From a virus (Duplodnaviria > Caudoviricetes), in the IMG/VR virus record IMGVR_UViG_3300025580_000012, positions 7,475 through 71,474 of that record: DNA of 64,000 bases; one strand, given 5' to 3'. The stretch's first letter is position 1, and each line of letters opens with the position of its first letter. The notes beneath the pieces are model-generated. The model had not been told where the DNA came from. It did no database searches and saw only the letters and a list, made by a program, of their open reading frames with translations. The translations under genes were made by a program, and so were the position numbers. Positions 1 to 9,669 of this stretch are shown piece by piece.

Positions 1-105
1 GTGAGCACACCGGCCCTCTCATTGCGGCCGTCCGGGTGCAGGGTCGGGCCGAAGAGGTCGCCGACATGATCGCCGAGATGTTCGGCGACCGTATCGTCGA
101 GGCTC

Positions 106-642
106 ATGTCGTCGGCAAAGACGCGGCGTAGGCGGGCGACCCTGGATCTGTCGGGCCGTCCAGTTGCCGAACTGGTCCGATCCGACCCCGATCCGCCGTG
201 CTCACCCGACCGGATGTGCCTGGCCTGTCAGGAGTACGACCGGCTCAGCGAAGGGAGACGAAGGATGCGGCGCGAGTACGAGATGACCCAGCAGGATCCT
301 TGCCCGGCGTGCAACGGGGTCCACACCTTCACGGCCGCCGACGGGGTGCCCGCCTGGGACCCCAAGGTTGGGGCCGCCTTCCAGTTGATCTGCCCGATGA
401 CGGGCGCGAAGGTCGAGATCATCCTCCCGCCGGTCGAGCCCCCGCCGATCGAGCCCCCGCCGTCGACGGTCGGGATGGCGACGGACGTGCAGTGTCCGGT
501 CTGCCGGAAGGCCAACTTCAAGGTCGCCCGCGAAGAGGGGACCGGTTTGGTCGTGACCCAGTGGTTGGAGTGCTCGAATCAGGGCTGCCAGTACGAGCAG
601 CTCCGGCGGTGGAGCAAGATCACCAACACGGCCGTTCAGTAG
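106..642 (+). CDS. Hypothetical protein with CxxC zinc-binding motifs
   Basis: CLAC, CPAC, CPVC and CSNQGC motifs; abuts the polymerase gene. Confidence 0.65.
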   Translation: MSSAKTRRRRATLDLSGRPVAELVRSDPDPPCSPDRMCLACQEYDRLSEGRRRMRREYEMTQQDPCPACNGVHTFTAADGVPAWDPKVGAAFQLICPMTGAKVEIILPPVEPPPIEPPPSTVGMATDVQCPVCRKANFKVAREEGTGLVVTQWLECSNQGCQYEQLRRWSKITNTAVQ

Positions 643-645
643 GCA

Positions 646-3168
646 ATGCTCGGTCTAGCTCCGCGCCCTGCGCCCCGGAACGTCCAGTTCCGCCTCTGCA
701 CCTCCGAGGCGGACGTCAACTGGTTGTTCGACAGCCTGGCGGGTGCCAGGGAGTACGCGTGGGACATCGAGACGACCCACCCGACCCGCGGGAAGGGCAA
801 GAGCGACGACACCGAGTTCGTCGAGGTCGGCGGCCGGGACGAGAAGGTCATCGGCATCTCGTTCTGCTGGAACGAGAGCACGGCCGCCTACCTCCCCCTC
901 TACCGCAACCCCGATGGCGACACCTTCCTGAAGCGGTCATCCAAGAGGTCATGCCTGTTCGACCGGGTCGTCGCCGACCTCAAGCGGGAGCTGGAGGACC
1001 CGGGCAAGGATCGGTTCACCTGGAACGGCACGTTCGATGTGACTTGGATGCGCAACTGCTTCGGCATCCGGGTGCCCGGCTTCCAGTCGGACGGCATGAT
1101 GGCGCACGCCCTCCTCGATGAGACGCGCAGCGAGTCGGTCCACAAGTTGAAGGTCTGCGCCGGCACCTACATCGATCCGAAGGCCCACCAGTACGAGATC
1201 GACCTGGAACGTGCGCTCGACTTCTACGACCAGCACCTCGGCCGCTACTACTACGTCCCGCTCGACACGCTCGCGCCCTACGGGTGCGCCGATGCCTACT
1301 ACACCTTCCGGCTCGTCAAGTTGTTCGAGGCTCGCCTGAAGGACGAAGGGCTCTGGCCCCTCTACATCCGCACGATCATGCCGGTCCTGGACGCCGTCGC
1401 CGAGATGAAGGTGACGGGCGTGCCGGCCAACACGGCCAAGGTCGACCAGGTCAGCCGGGAGATCGGGGAGGAGTTGACCAGCCTGACCGCCGAGATCATC
1501 GAGCGAGCCGGCCATGACTTCGACCCCGGCTCCCCCGAGCAGCTCTCCGTCATCCTGTTCGACAAGCTCCACCTGACCCCCATCGGCGATCGAGGCAAGA
1601 ACGGGTACTACTCGACCGACAAGGAGACGCTCGCGTCCCTGGAAACGGTCCACCCGATCATCAAGCTGATCCAGCGGCACCGCCGGCTCGTCAAGCTCAA
1701 GGGCACGTACGTCGATGGCCTGCGCAACCTGCTCGTCGGCGACCGCTACTACCCGGACTACAAGCTCCACACGACCGTGTCGGGTCGGTGGACCGAGCGG
1801 CTCGTCGTCCTGCTACCTCGCGAGGAGAAGGGGGGCGACTCGGTCAAGGGGTTGTTCGAGGCGCCGCCGGGGTGGTCGTTCATGTTCCGCGACCTCAGCC
1901 AGATCGAGTTGCGGATCGCCGCCCATGTCTCGGACGATCGAGTTGCGGTCGACGGGTTCTGCAACGGGGGGCCCGGATACGACCCTCACGCCGCGACAGC
2001 CATCCGGATGTTCAAGATCGAGATCCCGGAGGGTCAGGACCCGATCAAGTACGTCAAGAAGCAGCACAAGCCCAAGCGTTCCATCTCGAAGAACATCAAC
2101 TTCCTCTCCATCTACGGGGGTGAAGAGGAGCGGCTCGCCGTCATGATGGTGTCGGAGTTCCCCGACATCTGGCCCGACAAGGACAAGGCGAAGGTCGAGG
2201 CGCGCGGCTTCCTCGACTCCTACTTCCAGGTCCACTGGGGCCTGAAGGCATCGATCGAGCGGTCCCACCAGGATGCCAAGCGAGACGGGTTCGTCCGCAA
2301 CATGTTCGGCCGGAAGCGCCGCTTGCCTGACGCCCAGCTCCAGCTCCCCAACTCCGACTTCGCGTTGCTCCGCCCTCGTGATGATCGGTGGAAGTGCTTC
2401 GGGCGTCAGAGTCCGTCGCTCTGGTACGACCTCGGCTACCGGGGCGATGACCTGCCGTACGAGGGGCTCCGGACATCGGATGTGGCCGCGCAGGTGCGGG
2501 CCCTCAAGAACCCCAAGTACCTCACGCCTGTTGGTGGCCGGACGTCTTGTGTGGAGTGCGACAAGCTCGCGGCGTGCTGCTACGCGCGTGAGCGGCGATC
2601 CAGGGAGATGCGGATCGCTGAAGCGTACCGGCAAGCGTTCAACTTCGAGATTCAGTCGTCCGCCGTCGACTACACCGACTACGCCCTCGTCCTCATCTGG
2701 CGGGCCATCCAGGCCAGGGGACTGCGGAGCCGGCCTGTCCTCCAGATCCATGACTCGCTCGGCTTCCTCGTGCCCGACGACGAGCTGGACGTGATGGCCG
2801 ACATCACGAAGGAGTCGATGGAGCACGCGCTCGATGGTACGAGCATCACGCTGCGGGTGCCGATCGGTTCCGACTTGACGGTCTGCCGGTCGTGGGGCGA
2901 TGAGAACGTCCCGTCGTTCGTCGACACCGCCAGCCATCAATGCCCCGCGTGCGACAAGAGGCGCGGTCAGATCGAGAAGAAGCTGCTCAACGATGGGCCC
3001 GACCCCGTCCTGTCCACCGAGTACCAGACGCTCAAGCGAGCCCCGACCGTGACGATCGGGGCCGTGACGGAGATCGGGCGGTGCTCCCGCTACCAGGAGA
3101 TGGCGATGGCGTGTGCGTGCGGATGGAAGTGGCAGCACCCGGCCGTATTCCAGTCGGAGCTGACGTGA
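646..3168 (+). CDS. polA: DNA polymerase family A (3'-5' exonuclease + polymerase domains)
   Basis: ExoI WDIET; motif A FRDLSQIELRIAAH; motif B RSISKNINFLSIYG (Phe at the E. coli 762-equivalent position); motif C LQIHDS; no 5'-3' exonuclease domain. Confidence 0.96.
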   Translation: MLGLAPRPAPRNVQFRLCTSEADVNWLFDSLAGAREYAWDIETTHPTRGKGKSDDTEFVEVGGRDEKVIGISFCWNESTAAYLPLYRNPDGDTFLKRSSKRSCLFDRVVADLKRELEDPGKDRFTWNGTFDVTWMRNCFGIRVPGFQSDGMMAHALLDETRSESVHKLKVCAGTYIDPKAHQYEIDLERALDFYDQHLGRYYYVPLDTLAPYGCADAYYTFRLVKLFEARLKDEGLWPLYIRTIMPVLDAVAEMKVTGVPANTAKVDQVSREIGEELTSLTAEIIERAGHDFDPGSPEQLSVILFDKLHLTPIGDRGKNGYYSTDKETLASLETVHPIIKLIQRHRRLVKLKGTYVDGLRNLLVGDRYYPDYKLHTTVSGRWTERLVVLLPREEKGGDSVKGLFEAPPGWSFMFRDLSQIELRIAAHVSDDRVAVDGFCNGGPGYDPHAATAIRMFKIEIPEGQDPIKYVKKQHKPKRSISKNINFLSIYGGEEERLAVMMVSEFPDIWPDKDKAKVEARGFLDSYFQVHWGLKASIERSHQDAKRDGFVRNMFGRKRRLPDAQLQLPNSDFALLRPRDDRWKCFGRQSPSLWYDLGYRGDDLPYEGLRTSDVAAQVRALKNPKYLTPVGGRTSCVECDKLAACCYARERRSREMRIAEAYRQAFNFEIQSSAVDYTDYALVLIWRAIQARGLRSRPVLQIHDSLGFLVPDDELDVMADITKESMEHALDGTSITLRVPIGSDLTVCRSWGDENVPSFVDTASHQCPACDKRRGQIEKKLLNDGPDPVLSTEYQTLKRAPTVTIGAVTEIGRCSRYQEMAMACACGWKWQHPAVFQSELT

Positions 3169-4328
3169 CCTACGAGGCCCTCGCAACCCGCCTACGACCC
3201 CGCCGGTTCGCCGACGTGGTCGGCCAGGACGCCACCGTCCGGATCCTCCAGGCGGCCGTCCGGCTCGGTCGAGTGGTCCCCAGCTACGTGTTCTCGGGAC
3301 CGCCGGGATCGGGCAAGACGACGGTCGCCCGCCTGTTTGCCGCCGCCCTCAACTGCACGGGTCATGCGGATGACTGCCCGGTGCGGCACGGTGCCTCCGT
3401 GGACTGCGTGAGCATTGCGCCTTGCCCGATACCATGTGGGTCCTGCCCGTCCTGCCTGGACATCCGGGAAGGCCGCCACCCCCTCGTCATCGAGGTCGAT
3501 GCCGCGAGCGACCGGGGCGTCGAGATGGTCGAGTCGATCCAGCAGGTGGTTGCCCAGGTGCTTGCTGAGGGGACCTGGCGGATCTTCATCCTCGACGAGG
3601 CCCACATGCTCTCGGGCAAGGCATGGGCCGCGTTCCTCAAGACCATCGAGGAGCCCGTCCCCCACAATGTCTTCCTCTTTGTCACGACCGACCGGGACAA
3701 GGTGCTTACCACCGTGCGGAGCCGATCGTCCGCCTTCATCTTCCGGGCCGTCGCCGAGGACGCGATCGTTCGGGTGCTTGCGGCCGCTGCCCGGGACGCC
3801 CAGCTCGACCCGTCTTGGCAGGGCGAGTTCTTGACGGCCGACGTCCTCGCCCTCATCGCCAGGGAGGCGCGCGGCTCCGTCCGTGACGCCCTCCACTTGC
3901 TCGATCGGGTCGCCCTTCTGGGCCCGTCGGACATCCGGGACGTCGAACAGGTGCTCGGGTTCGACTCGGAGTCGATCCGCGACCTCGCCGATGCCCTGCT
4001 GTCCCGCGACCTCGCCTACTACGTCCGGGTCGTCACGGACGTGATGGGCCGTGGGTTCACCGCCCACGAGATCGCCGATGCGATGCTGCGGGTTGGGCGC
4101 GACCTCGTCGTGTTCCGGACGGGTTGGCGGGGGGCTGCCATGAGCCACCTGCCGGCCGACAAGCTGGTCGCGAACGCCAGTCATCTCGCCGACGGGACGA
4201 TCGAGCGGCTGTACCGGGGGCTCGTCCAGCTCGTGGAAGGACGGGTTGATCGCATCGCGCTCGACACGATGTACGCCCGGTTCGTCTGGGAAGAAAAAAG
4301 TGTTGACACATTTTCGCCAACCAAGTAG
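3165..4328 (+). CDS. dnaX: DNA polymerase III gamma/tau-like clamp-loader AAA+ subunit
   Basis: N-terminus YEALATRLRPRRFADVVGQ; Walker A GPPGSGKTT; Cys cluster CGSCPSC; DEAHML; FLKTIEEP; VRSR sensor; GTG start overlaps polA stop (GTGA). Confidence 0.93.
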   Translation: MTYEALATRLRPRRFADVVGQDATVRILQAAVRLGRVVPSYVFSGPPGSGKTTVARLFAAALNCTGHADDCPVRHGASVDCVSIAPCPIPCGSCPSCLDIREGRHPLVIEVDAASDRGVEMVESIQQVVAQVLAEGTWRIFILDEAHMLSGKAWAAFLKTIEEPVPHNVFLFVTTDRDKVLTTVRSRSSAFIFRAVAEDAIVRVLAAAARDAQLDPSWQGEFLTADVLALIAREARGSVRDALHLLDRVALLGPSDIRDVEQVLGFDSESIRDLADALLSRDLAYYVRVVTDVMGRGFTAHEIADAMLRVGRDLVVFRTGWRGAAMSHLPADKLVANASHLADGTIERLYRGLVQLVEGRVDRIALDTMYARFVWEEKSVDTFSPTK

Positions 4329-4331
4329 GGT
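4303..4331 (+). promoter_or_regulatory. Sigma70-like promoter TTGACA-N17-TAGGGT
   Basis: Perfect -35 at 4303-4308, 17-nt spacer, TAGGGT at 4326-4331, A-tract upstream; embedded in the end of dnaX. Confidence 0.65.
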
Positions 4332-4394
4332 GGCCTCCCTCTAACCGGATGGGCGACTTGGTGCAGGGTGACGTGGCGACCTTCATGGATCGGT

Positions 4395-4571
4395 ATGGGG
4401 CTGCCGTGCGCTCGATGTGGAGGCGATCAATTCATGCGACTGGTCAGCCGGATCTGGGGGGAGACGGAGCGGGTCGAGCGGTGGCGCTGCCCGCAGTGCG
4501 GCAAGGTCGAGAAGATCATCCTGTTGCGACGGGCTCACGCGGTCACCCGCGTACCCAGGCGTGAATCGTGA
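4395..4571 (+). CDS. Small zinc-ribbon protein
   Basis: CARC...CPQC; GTGA overlap with next gene; start could alternatively be 4368. Confidence 0.55.
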   Translation: MGLPCARCGGDQFMRLVSRIWGETERVERWRCPQCGKVEKIILLRRAHAVTRVPRRES

Positions 4572-5296
4572 AGCGCTCCCGAACGGTCGACGTCGATTTC
4601 GGGGCCGGCAACGCCCTCATCCTGACGGTCCCGACGGCCGTAGGACTTTCCCGTCACGACCTCGTCGAGGAGCTGGCCTGGCAGGGGACGCCCGACTCCA
4701 ACGAGGTGCTCGAACAGCACGCCGGCCGGGAAGCCTGGTGGTCGGCCAGGCACGTCGATGAGGCCGCCATCGCGGCCGAGTGGGTCGAGACGGTCTACGA
4801 GCCCTACATGGCGCATCTCCGCCGGTTCGCCCTGTACGTCCTGGTCGGTCAGGGGATCCGCCGGAAGGACGCGACCAAGCAGGACATCAGCGACATGGTC
4901 TTCCAGCTCTACAGCGAGGCCCGCGCGGCTGACCAGCGCCAGCGGCTCGCCGACCTGTCGTTCCTCGGCTACATGATCGAGTCGTTCGAGTCACGCGCGA
5001 CCGTCATGCGGCTCGCCCAAGAGGACAAGGCCGCCTACGACGCCCACTACGCCGCCTTCATGGCCGACATCTTCGCCTATCAGCACGGCGACGACCCCGT
5101 CTGGGTCGAGGAAGCGACCCGCCGCCGCATCCAGTTGGAGCGGTCGCGCGATCTGCTGGGGGCGGCCACGCAAGCGTTCCGCGATCGGGGCTTCCTGCTC
5201 CGTCAGTCTGCCGAAAACGAGAAGGCCCGGCGCAACACGCTCGGCCTGTCGATCGAAGACATTGCCAAGAAAGTCGCCGAGATTCTGAGAAAGTGA
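4568..5296 (+). CDS. Hypothetical protein, possibly UvsY-like recombination mediator
   Basis: Helical protein; C-terminal AFRDRGFLLR resembles the UvsY A..RGF.+K pattern; directly upstream of SSB and RecA. Confidence 0.45.
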   Translation: MKRSRTVDVDFGAGNALILTVPTAVGLSRHDLVEELAWQGTPDSNEVLEQHAGREAWWSARHVDEAAIAAEWVETVYEPYMAHLRRFALYVLVGQGIRRKDATKQDISDMVFQLYSEARAADQRQRLADLSFLGYMIESFESRATVMRLAQEDKAAYDAHYAAFMADIFAYQHGDDPVWVEEATRRRIQLERSRDLLGAATQAFRDRGFLLRQSAENEKARRNTLGLSIEDIAKKVAEILRK

Positions 5297-5303
5297 GGCC
5301 AAG

Positions 5304-6665
5304 ATGGACGAATACAACGTACCGGCAGCAGTTGAAGAGGACCGTCAGCAGAGGGGTGGAGGGGGCCGCAACTATTCGGTCAACCAGCAGCGTCTCCGAC
5401 CCTATCGGGAGGGCTCCACGGAGGCCAACCACCTCCAGTTCCTCCTGTACAACCCCGCCATCTGGGACATGTTCCGGGGCGTCATCGCCCCGAGCACCCG
5501 GACGTACTGGATGCCCACCTACCACCACTACATGGGCGGGGGGAAGGATCGGGTCTCCACGCTGTGCAAGAAGAAGATGAACACCTACTACGCCGAGAAG
5601 TACGGCGCCCCCGTCATCTTCGCGCCGGTGGCCTGTCCGGAGTGCGGGACGATCGGCGTGTTCGCCAACTGCGTCAAGTGCCACACGACCTTGGGGCTGC
5701 GGGTCCGCGACGACCTGTGCCCGAGCTGCGACGAAGCCGATCGCAAGTGGCGCGACTACGACGCCGAGTGGGAGGTGGTGTTCCGCGAGCGTCGCATGCC
5801 GGTCGACGAGTCGGTCAAGAAGACGCGGGGCAAGCTCAAGCGCGAGCAGAACGCCCTCTACAAGGAGCTGTCGGGGTCGGGGACGAAGATCAAGGAGAAG
5901 CAGGAGATCGCTTCGGCGTGGTCGCCGCGCGACCGCTTCATCTACGTCGTCTTCGACATCGACAAGATGATGCGCCGCCGCACCCTCCAGGAGGGGGAGC
6001 CGGAAGAGACGCGTATGACCCTGCTGTTCAGCGGGACGACCGTCCAGCAAGCCCTGGAGGGCAAGCACAACAACCGCAAGCGCTTCTGGGACCCGACCGC
6101 CGGGATGGAGATCGTCATCACGCGCGACACCCGCAACGGCTTGGAGCAGGCCCGCTACACCGTCGACGACGCGGCAGGCCCGACGTTCGCGCCCGAGTGG
6201 ATCGAGTACCTGACCAACTACTCGGCCATGCCCGACCCTTCGGCCGAGATGCAGGTGCTCGGCTACGACGAGCACGTCAACAAGGCGGGCCTCACGCTCA
6301 CCCGCGAGGAAGTCGTCGCCCAGCCGGGCCCGGCCTCGCCCCCCACGACCGCGGCCTCGCCCCCGTACGTCCCGCCCCCGACGTCGGCCCCGACCCCGGG
6401 TGTGCCGTCGACCCCGCCTGTCGGCCTCGGTCGTCCGCCCGTGTCGGCCCCGACACCCGGCGCACCCCCGGCCGTCCCCCCGACGTCGGCGCCCCCCATG
6501 TCGGCGCCGCCGATCGGCCGTTCGGCCCCGCCGGTGCTGGGCGCCCCGCCTGCCACCTCACCGCCGCCGGTGCCCGGCGCCCCGCCGACGTCGCCACCGA
6601 CCTCGACGCCGCCTGGACCGCCCGTCCCGGAGGATCCCAGCCAGGGGCGTAGGCAGACATGGTGA
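5304..6665 (+). CDS. T4 gp32-like single-stranded DNA-binding protein with Pro-rich C-terminal tail
   Basis: W..TYHHY, LC, CPSCD, RDRFIYVV, FWDPTAGMEIVITR..YTV motifs typical of gp32-like SSBs; next to RecA. Confidence 0.7.
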   Translation: MDEYNVPAAVEEDRQQRGGGGRNYSVNQQRLRPYREGSTEANHLQFLLYNPAIWDMFRGVIAPSTRTYWMPTYHHYMGGGKDRVSTLCKKKMNTYYAEKYGAPVIFAPVACPECGTIGVFANCVKCHTTLGLRVRDDLCPSCDEADRKWRDYDAEWEVVFRERRMPVDESVKKTRGKLKREQNALYKELSGSGTKIKEKQEIASAWSPRDRFIYVVFDIDKMMRRRTLQEGEPEETRMTLLFSGTTVQQALEGKHNNRKRFWDPTAGMEIVITRDTRNGLEQARYTVDDAAGPTFAPEWIEYLTNYSAMPDPSAEMQVLGYDEHVNKAGLTLTREEVVAQPGPASPPTTAASPPYVPPPTSAPTPGVPSTPPVGLGRPPVSAPTPGAPPAVPPTSAPPMSAPPIGRSAPPVLGAPPATSPPPVPGAPPTSPPTSTPPGPPVPEDPSQGRRQTW

Positions 6666-7753
6666 GGCGAGCGCCGGAGCCTGGGGAGCCCGGGGGGACG
6701 GAGGGACCGGCCAAGAAGGTGGCCGCACCACCTGGTCCCAACATCCCGAACCTTCGGCTCCCCAGCCGCGACAAGGCCATCGAGGCCGCCATCGCGGAGG
6801 TCGAGAAGGCCCACGGCTCCGGCACTGTCATGCGGCTGAACGACCGGATCGCCAGCTTTTCCCACGAGGTCTGCCCGAGCGGTCTGCTCGGGTTCGACAA
6901 GGCGCTGGGTGGTGGCTGGCCGTTCGGCCGCATCGTCGAGGTGTATGGTCCGGAGGGTGGGGGGAAGACGACCCTCATCCTCCACGCGATTGCTTCGTGC
7001 CAGCGGCTCGGTGGAACGGCCGCCCTGCTGGATGCCGAGCACTCGTTCGACCCGACCTACGCGAAGGCCCTGGGTGTCGACGTCAGCAAGCTGCTCGTCA
7101 GCCAACCGGACTACGGCGAGCAGGTCTTCGAGGTGATGGAGCCGTTCGTCGCGGCCGGCATCAACCTCATCGCGGTCGACTCCGTGGCAGCCCTGACGCC
7201 GAAGGCCGAGTTGGAGGGGGAGATCGGCGACCAGCACGTCGGTCTCCAGGCCCGCATGATGAACCAAGCGCTCCGCCGCTTCACCGCCAAGGTGTCGAAG
7301 GCGAAGACCCTCCTCATGTTCATCAACCAGCTCCGCATGAAGATCGGGATGCACGGGTACGGCAGCCCCGAAGAGACGCCCGGCGGCAAGGCGCTCAAAT
7401 ACTACGCGTCCGTCCGGGTCGACGTCCGTCCGACCGGCAAGTTCAAGCGGGGCGAGGAAGTCGCCGGCCACGAGGTCTTCCTCAAGGTCGTCAAGAACAA
7501 GCTGGCTCCGCCGTTCCAGAAGTGCGATGCCCGCCTGGTCTTCGGCAAGGGGTTCTGGCGGGCCGGCGAGGTCGTCGACCTGGCCGCCGAGTACGGCATC
7601 ATCGAGAAGTCGGGCGCCTGGTACTCGTACCAGGGCGAGCGGATCGGGCAGGGGCGCGACAACGTGGCCGACTACCTGGAGGCCCGCCCCGAGGTGCTGG
7701 GTGGTGTCGAGGCTGCGGTGCGAACCCGGATGTACGCGACGGAGGCGACATGA
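6659..7753 (+). CDS. recA: RecA recombinase
   Basis: GRIVEVYGPEGGGKTT, DAEHSFDP..A..LGVD, VDSVAALTPKAELEG, FINQLRMKIG, GGKALKYYASVR, VVKNKLAPPF. Confidence 0.98.
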   Translation: MVRRAPEPGEPGGTEGPAKKVAAPPGPNIPNLRLPSRDKAIEAAIAEVEKAHGSGTVMRLNDRIASFSHEVCPSGLLGFDKALGGGWPFGRIVEVYGPEGGGKTTLILHAIASCQRLGGTAALLDAEHSFDPTYAKALGVDVSKLLVSQPDYGEQVFEVMEPFVAAGINLIAVDSVAALTPKAELEGEIGDQHVGLQARMMNQALRRFTAKVSKAKTLLMFINQLRMKIGMHGYGSPEETPGGKALKYYASVRVDVRPTGKFKRGEEVAGHEVFLKVVKNKLAPPFQKCDARLVFGKGFWRAGEVVDLAAEYGIIEKSGAWYSYQGERIGQGRDNVADYLEARPEVLGGVEAAVRTRMYATEAT

Positions 7754-8646
7754 AGGACACGAGCGTCACGATCGAGCAGGAGTACCGGGTGCTCGACCAC
7801 GGCTACATCCGCTACATCGACCACATGGGCGACGACAACGGCCCGTTGGAGTCGGCGCGCATGTCGACCGACAAGGAGACGGGTGTCGACGTCGCGGCCG
7901 ACGATCGGCTCCGTGAGCGGCTCTGGAGGGATCAACACACCACCCCGTTCGAGGCCAACGAGCTGGTCGTCGAGCTTCAGCTCCCGATCTTCTGTCTCCG
8001 CCAGCTCGACCGCCACCGGACGGTCGCGCGCGATGAAGCGGGCGTCGAGATCACGGTCGAGACGATCGACGAGACGATGCACGCGCACACCAGCCGAAAC
8101 GAGTTCTCGGGCCGCTACTCCACCATGCCCGACCTCTTCTACGTTCCGACCGCCGATCGCGTGCGGAAGAAGGGGACGGCCAACAAGCAGGGGTCCGCCG
8201 AACCGCTCGACCCCGACATCCAGGAGGCGTGGGTGGCGGCGTGGCGCGCGGAGGCGAAGGCGGACCGCACCATGTACGAGGATGCGGTCGCGACCGGGAT
8301 GGCGAGCGAATTGGCCCGCATTCACCTGCCGCTCAACCAGTACACCAAGGTGCGGCTCAAGGCGTGCATGCTCAACTGGTTCAAGTTCTTGAACCTCCGG
8401 CTTCGCCCCGATGTCCAGTGGGAGACGCGCCTGTACGCGCAGGCGATCGGCAAGATCGTCCGGGACCTCTGGCCGAAGTGCTGGGCGGTGTTCGAGGAGC
8501 ACGCGCTGTACGGCGTGCGGCTGTCGAGGATGGAGCGGCGGCTGTTGCGCGAGTCCATCTCGCAACACGCTTACGAGAGCAACGCTGAGGTACGAAAGTT
8601 GTGTGACAAGCTGGCCGACACGCCCGACTTCCTGGAGGTGCCGTGA
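7750..8646 (+). CDS. thyX: Flavin-dependent thymidylate synthase
   Basis: VLDHGYIRYIDHMG, HTTPFE, RHRT...SRNEFSGRY, ELARIHLP, HVQWETR-like PDVQWETRLYA; ATGA overlap with recA. Confidence 0.92.
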   Translation: MKDTSVTIEQEYRVLDHGYIRYIDHMGDDNGPLESARMSTDKETGVDVAADDRLRERLWRDQHTTPFEANELVVELQLPIFCLRQLDRHRTVARDEAGVEITVETIDETMHAHTSRNEFSGRYSTMPDLFYVPTADRVRKKGTANKQGSAEPLDPDIQEAWVAAWRAEAKADRTMYEDAVATGMASELARIHLPLNQYTKVRLKACMLNWFKFLNLRLRPDVQWETRLYAQAIGKIVRDLWPKCWAVFEEHALYGVRLSRMERRLLRESISQHAYESNAEVRKLCDKLADTPDFLEVP

Positions 8647-9125
8647 TGGACGAGTGGCAGCTCCAGCAGCTTCGCGACCAGGAGGCCGAGAAGATCCGGG
8701 CCGGGATGACTCTGCACGAGACGACCATGAACCTCATGGCGGCGGTGGTCACCGTTTTCGGTGATCGGATGGCCCCTGGTCTGGTGGCGATGGCGTTCGG
8801 CGCGCTGACCGACGAGGACAAGACTGAGTTTCGAGAGACCGTGCGGTCCAGCCTCCTCGGTCACCTGAAGTCGCAGTGGATCCATCGTCCCATCGAGGTG
8901 GTGATCCACAAGATCCTCGCAGAGATCAGCGAGGAGCTGATGAAGCCGGACGATGCTCGGCGGAAGGGTCTGGTCGCAGAGCTTCGCGAGCGTGTTTGGG
9001 AAGAGGTGCGAACGCGTCTGGACGCGCGAATCACCCAGACGGCCAACAGCATCCTCGACCACACCACCCAGCAGGTGATGACGGAGGTCCGCGCGAGACT
9101 CGAAGCGAAGCCGAGGGGTCAATGA
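8646..9125 (+). CDS. Hypothetical helical protein
   Basis: GC3-rich ORF coupled to thyX and to the next gene by overlaps. Confidence 0.65.
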   Translation: MDEWQLQQLRDQEAEKIRAGMTLHETTMNLMAAVVTVFGDRMAPGLVAMAFGALTDEDKTEFRETVRSSLLGHLKSQWIHRPIEVVIHKILAEISEELMKPDDARRKGLVAELRERVWEEVRTRLDARITQTANSILDHTTQQVMTEVRARLEAKPRGQ

Positions 9126-9352
9126 AGACCGGGGACGTTGTCCGTCTCAAGGGCGGTGGGCCGGCCATGACGGTCCTCTACCACGTCAACGAGGATGACA
9201 CCCGAGCCTGCGAGGTCACCCAGTTCGTGCGGTGCCTATGGTTCCTGGCGGACGGGTCCTTGAGGTCATCGACCTTCTACGCGGAGACGTTGGAACCGAG
9301 CGGACCAGATCCGTGGCTCGGCTTCCCCCACTACCAGGTGCAGACGCGATGA
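9122..9352 (+). CDS. YodC/DUF2158-family protein
   Basis: MKTGDVVRLKGGGPAMTV...VRCLWF signature. Confidence 0.8.
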   Translation: MKTGDVVRLKGGGPAMTVLYHVNEDDTRACEVTQFVRCLWFLADGSLRSSTFYAETLEPSGPDPWLGFPHYQVQTR

Positions 9353-9669
9353 ATGCGAAGCGCTCGAAGGCACCCCCCGCACGGCCGGACCCGACTACTC
9401 CGCCTGCGCCCACACCGGTTGATCCCGCTGCAAGAGCGGCCGCAAGGGCCAACAAGCTCGATCGGCTAGTCGCCGCCGCCAATCGGGTCCAGCGGGCCAA
9501 GCAGGAGTTGCTGTTCGCGGAGACGGAACTGCTCGGGTTGGCCGGCGAGGACGTGGTGCTGGCGGCCATCATGTCGGTCGCGTGGCATCACCCGGACGGT
9601 AGCAAGATCGAGGTTTCAGCGAAGGAGGAACCGGGGGAGGGTCGGTTCGAGATCCCGGTACCGAAATGA
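9349..9669 (+). CDS. Hypothetical protein
   Basis: ATGA overlaps at both ends. Confidence 0.6.
   Translation: MNAKRSKAPPARPDPTTPPAPTPVDPAARAAARANKLDRLVAAANRVQRAKQELLFAETELLGLAGEDVVLAAIMSVAWHHPDGSKIEVSAKEEPGEGRFEIPVPK

Noticed and set aside
2340-2615. Possible intein in PolA
   Set aside because: No N-terminal C/S with block B TxxH and no C-terminal HN-[CST]; too short and Cys-clustered
4290-4300. AAAAAAG slippery heptamer at the end of dnaX (cf. the E. coli gamma/tau frameshift)
   Set aside because: Out of phase (AA|AAA|AG rather than A|AAA|AAG) and only about 9 codons from the stop; better explained as the A-tract upstream of the TTGACA promoter
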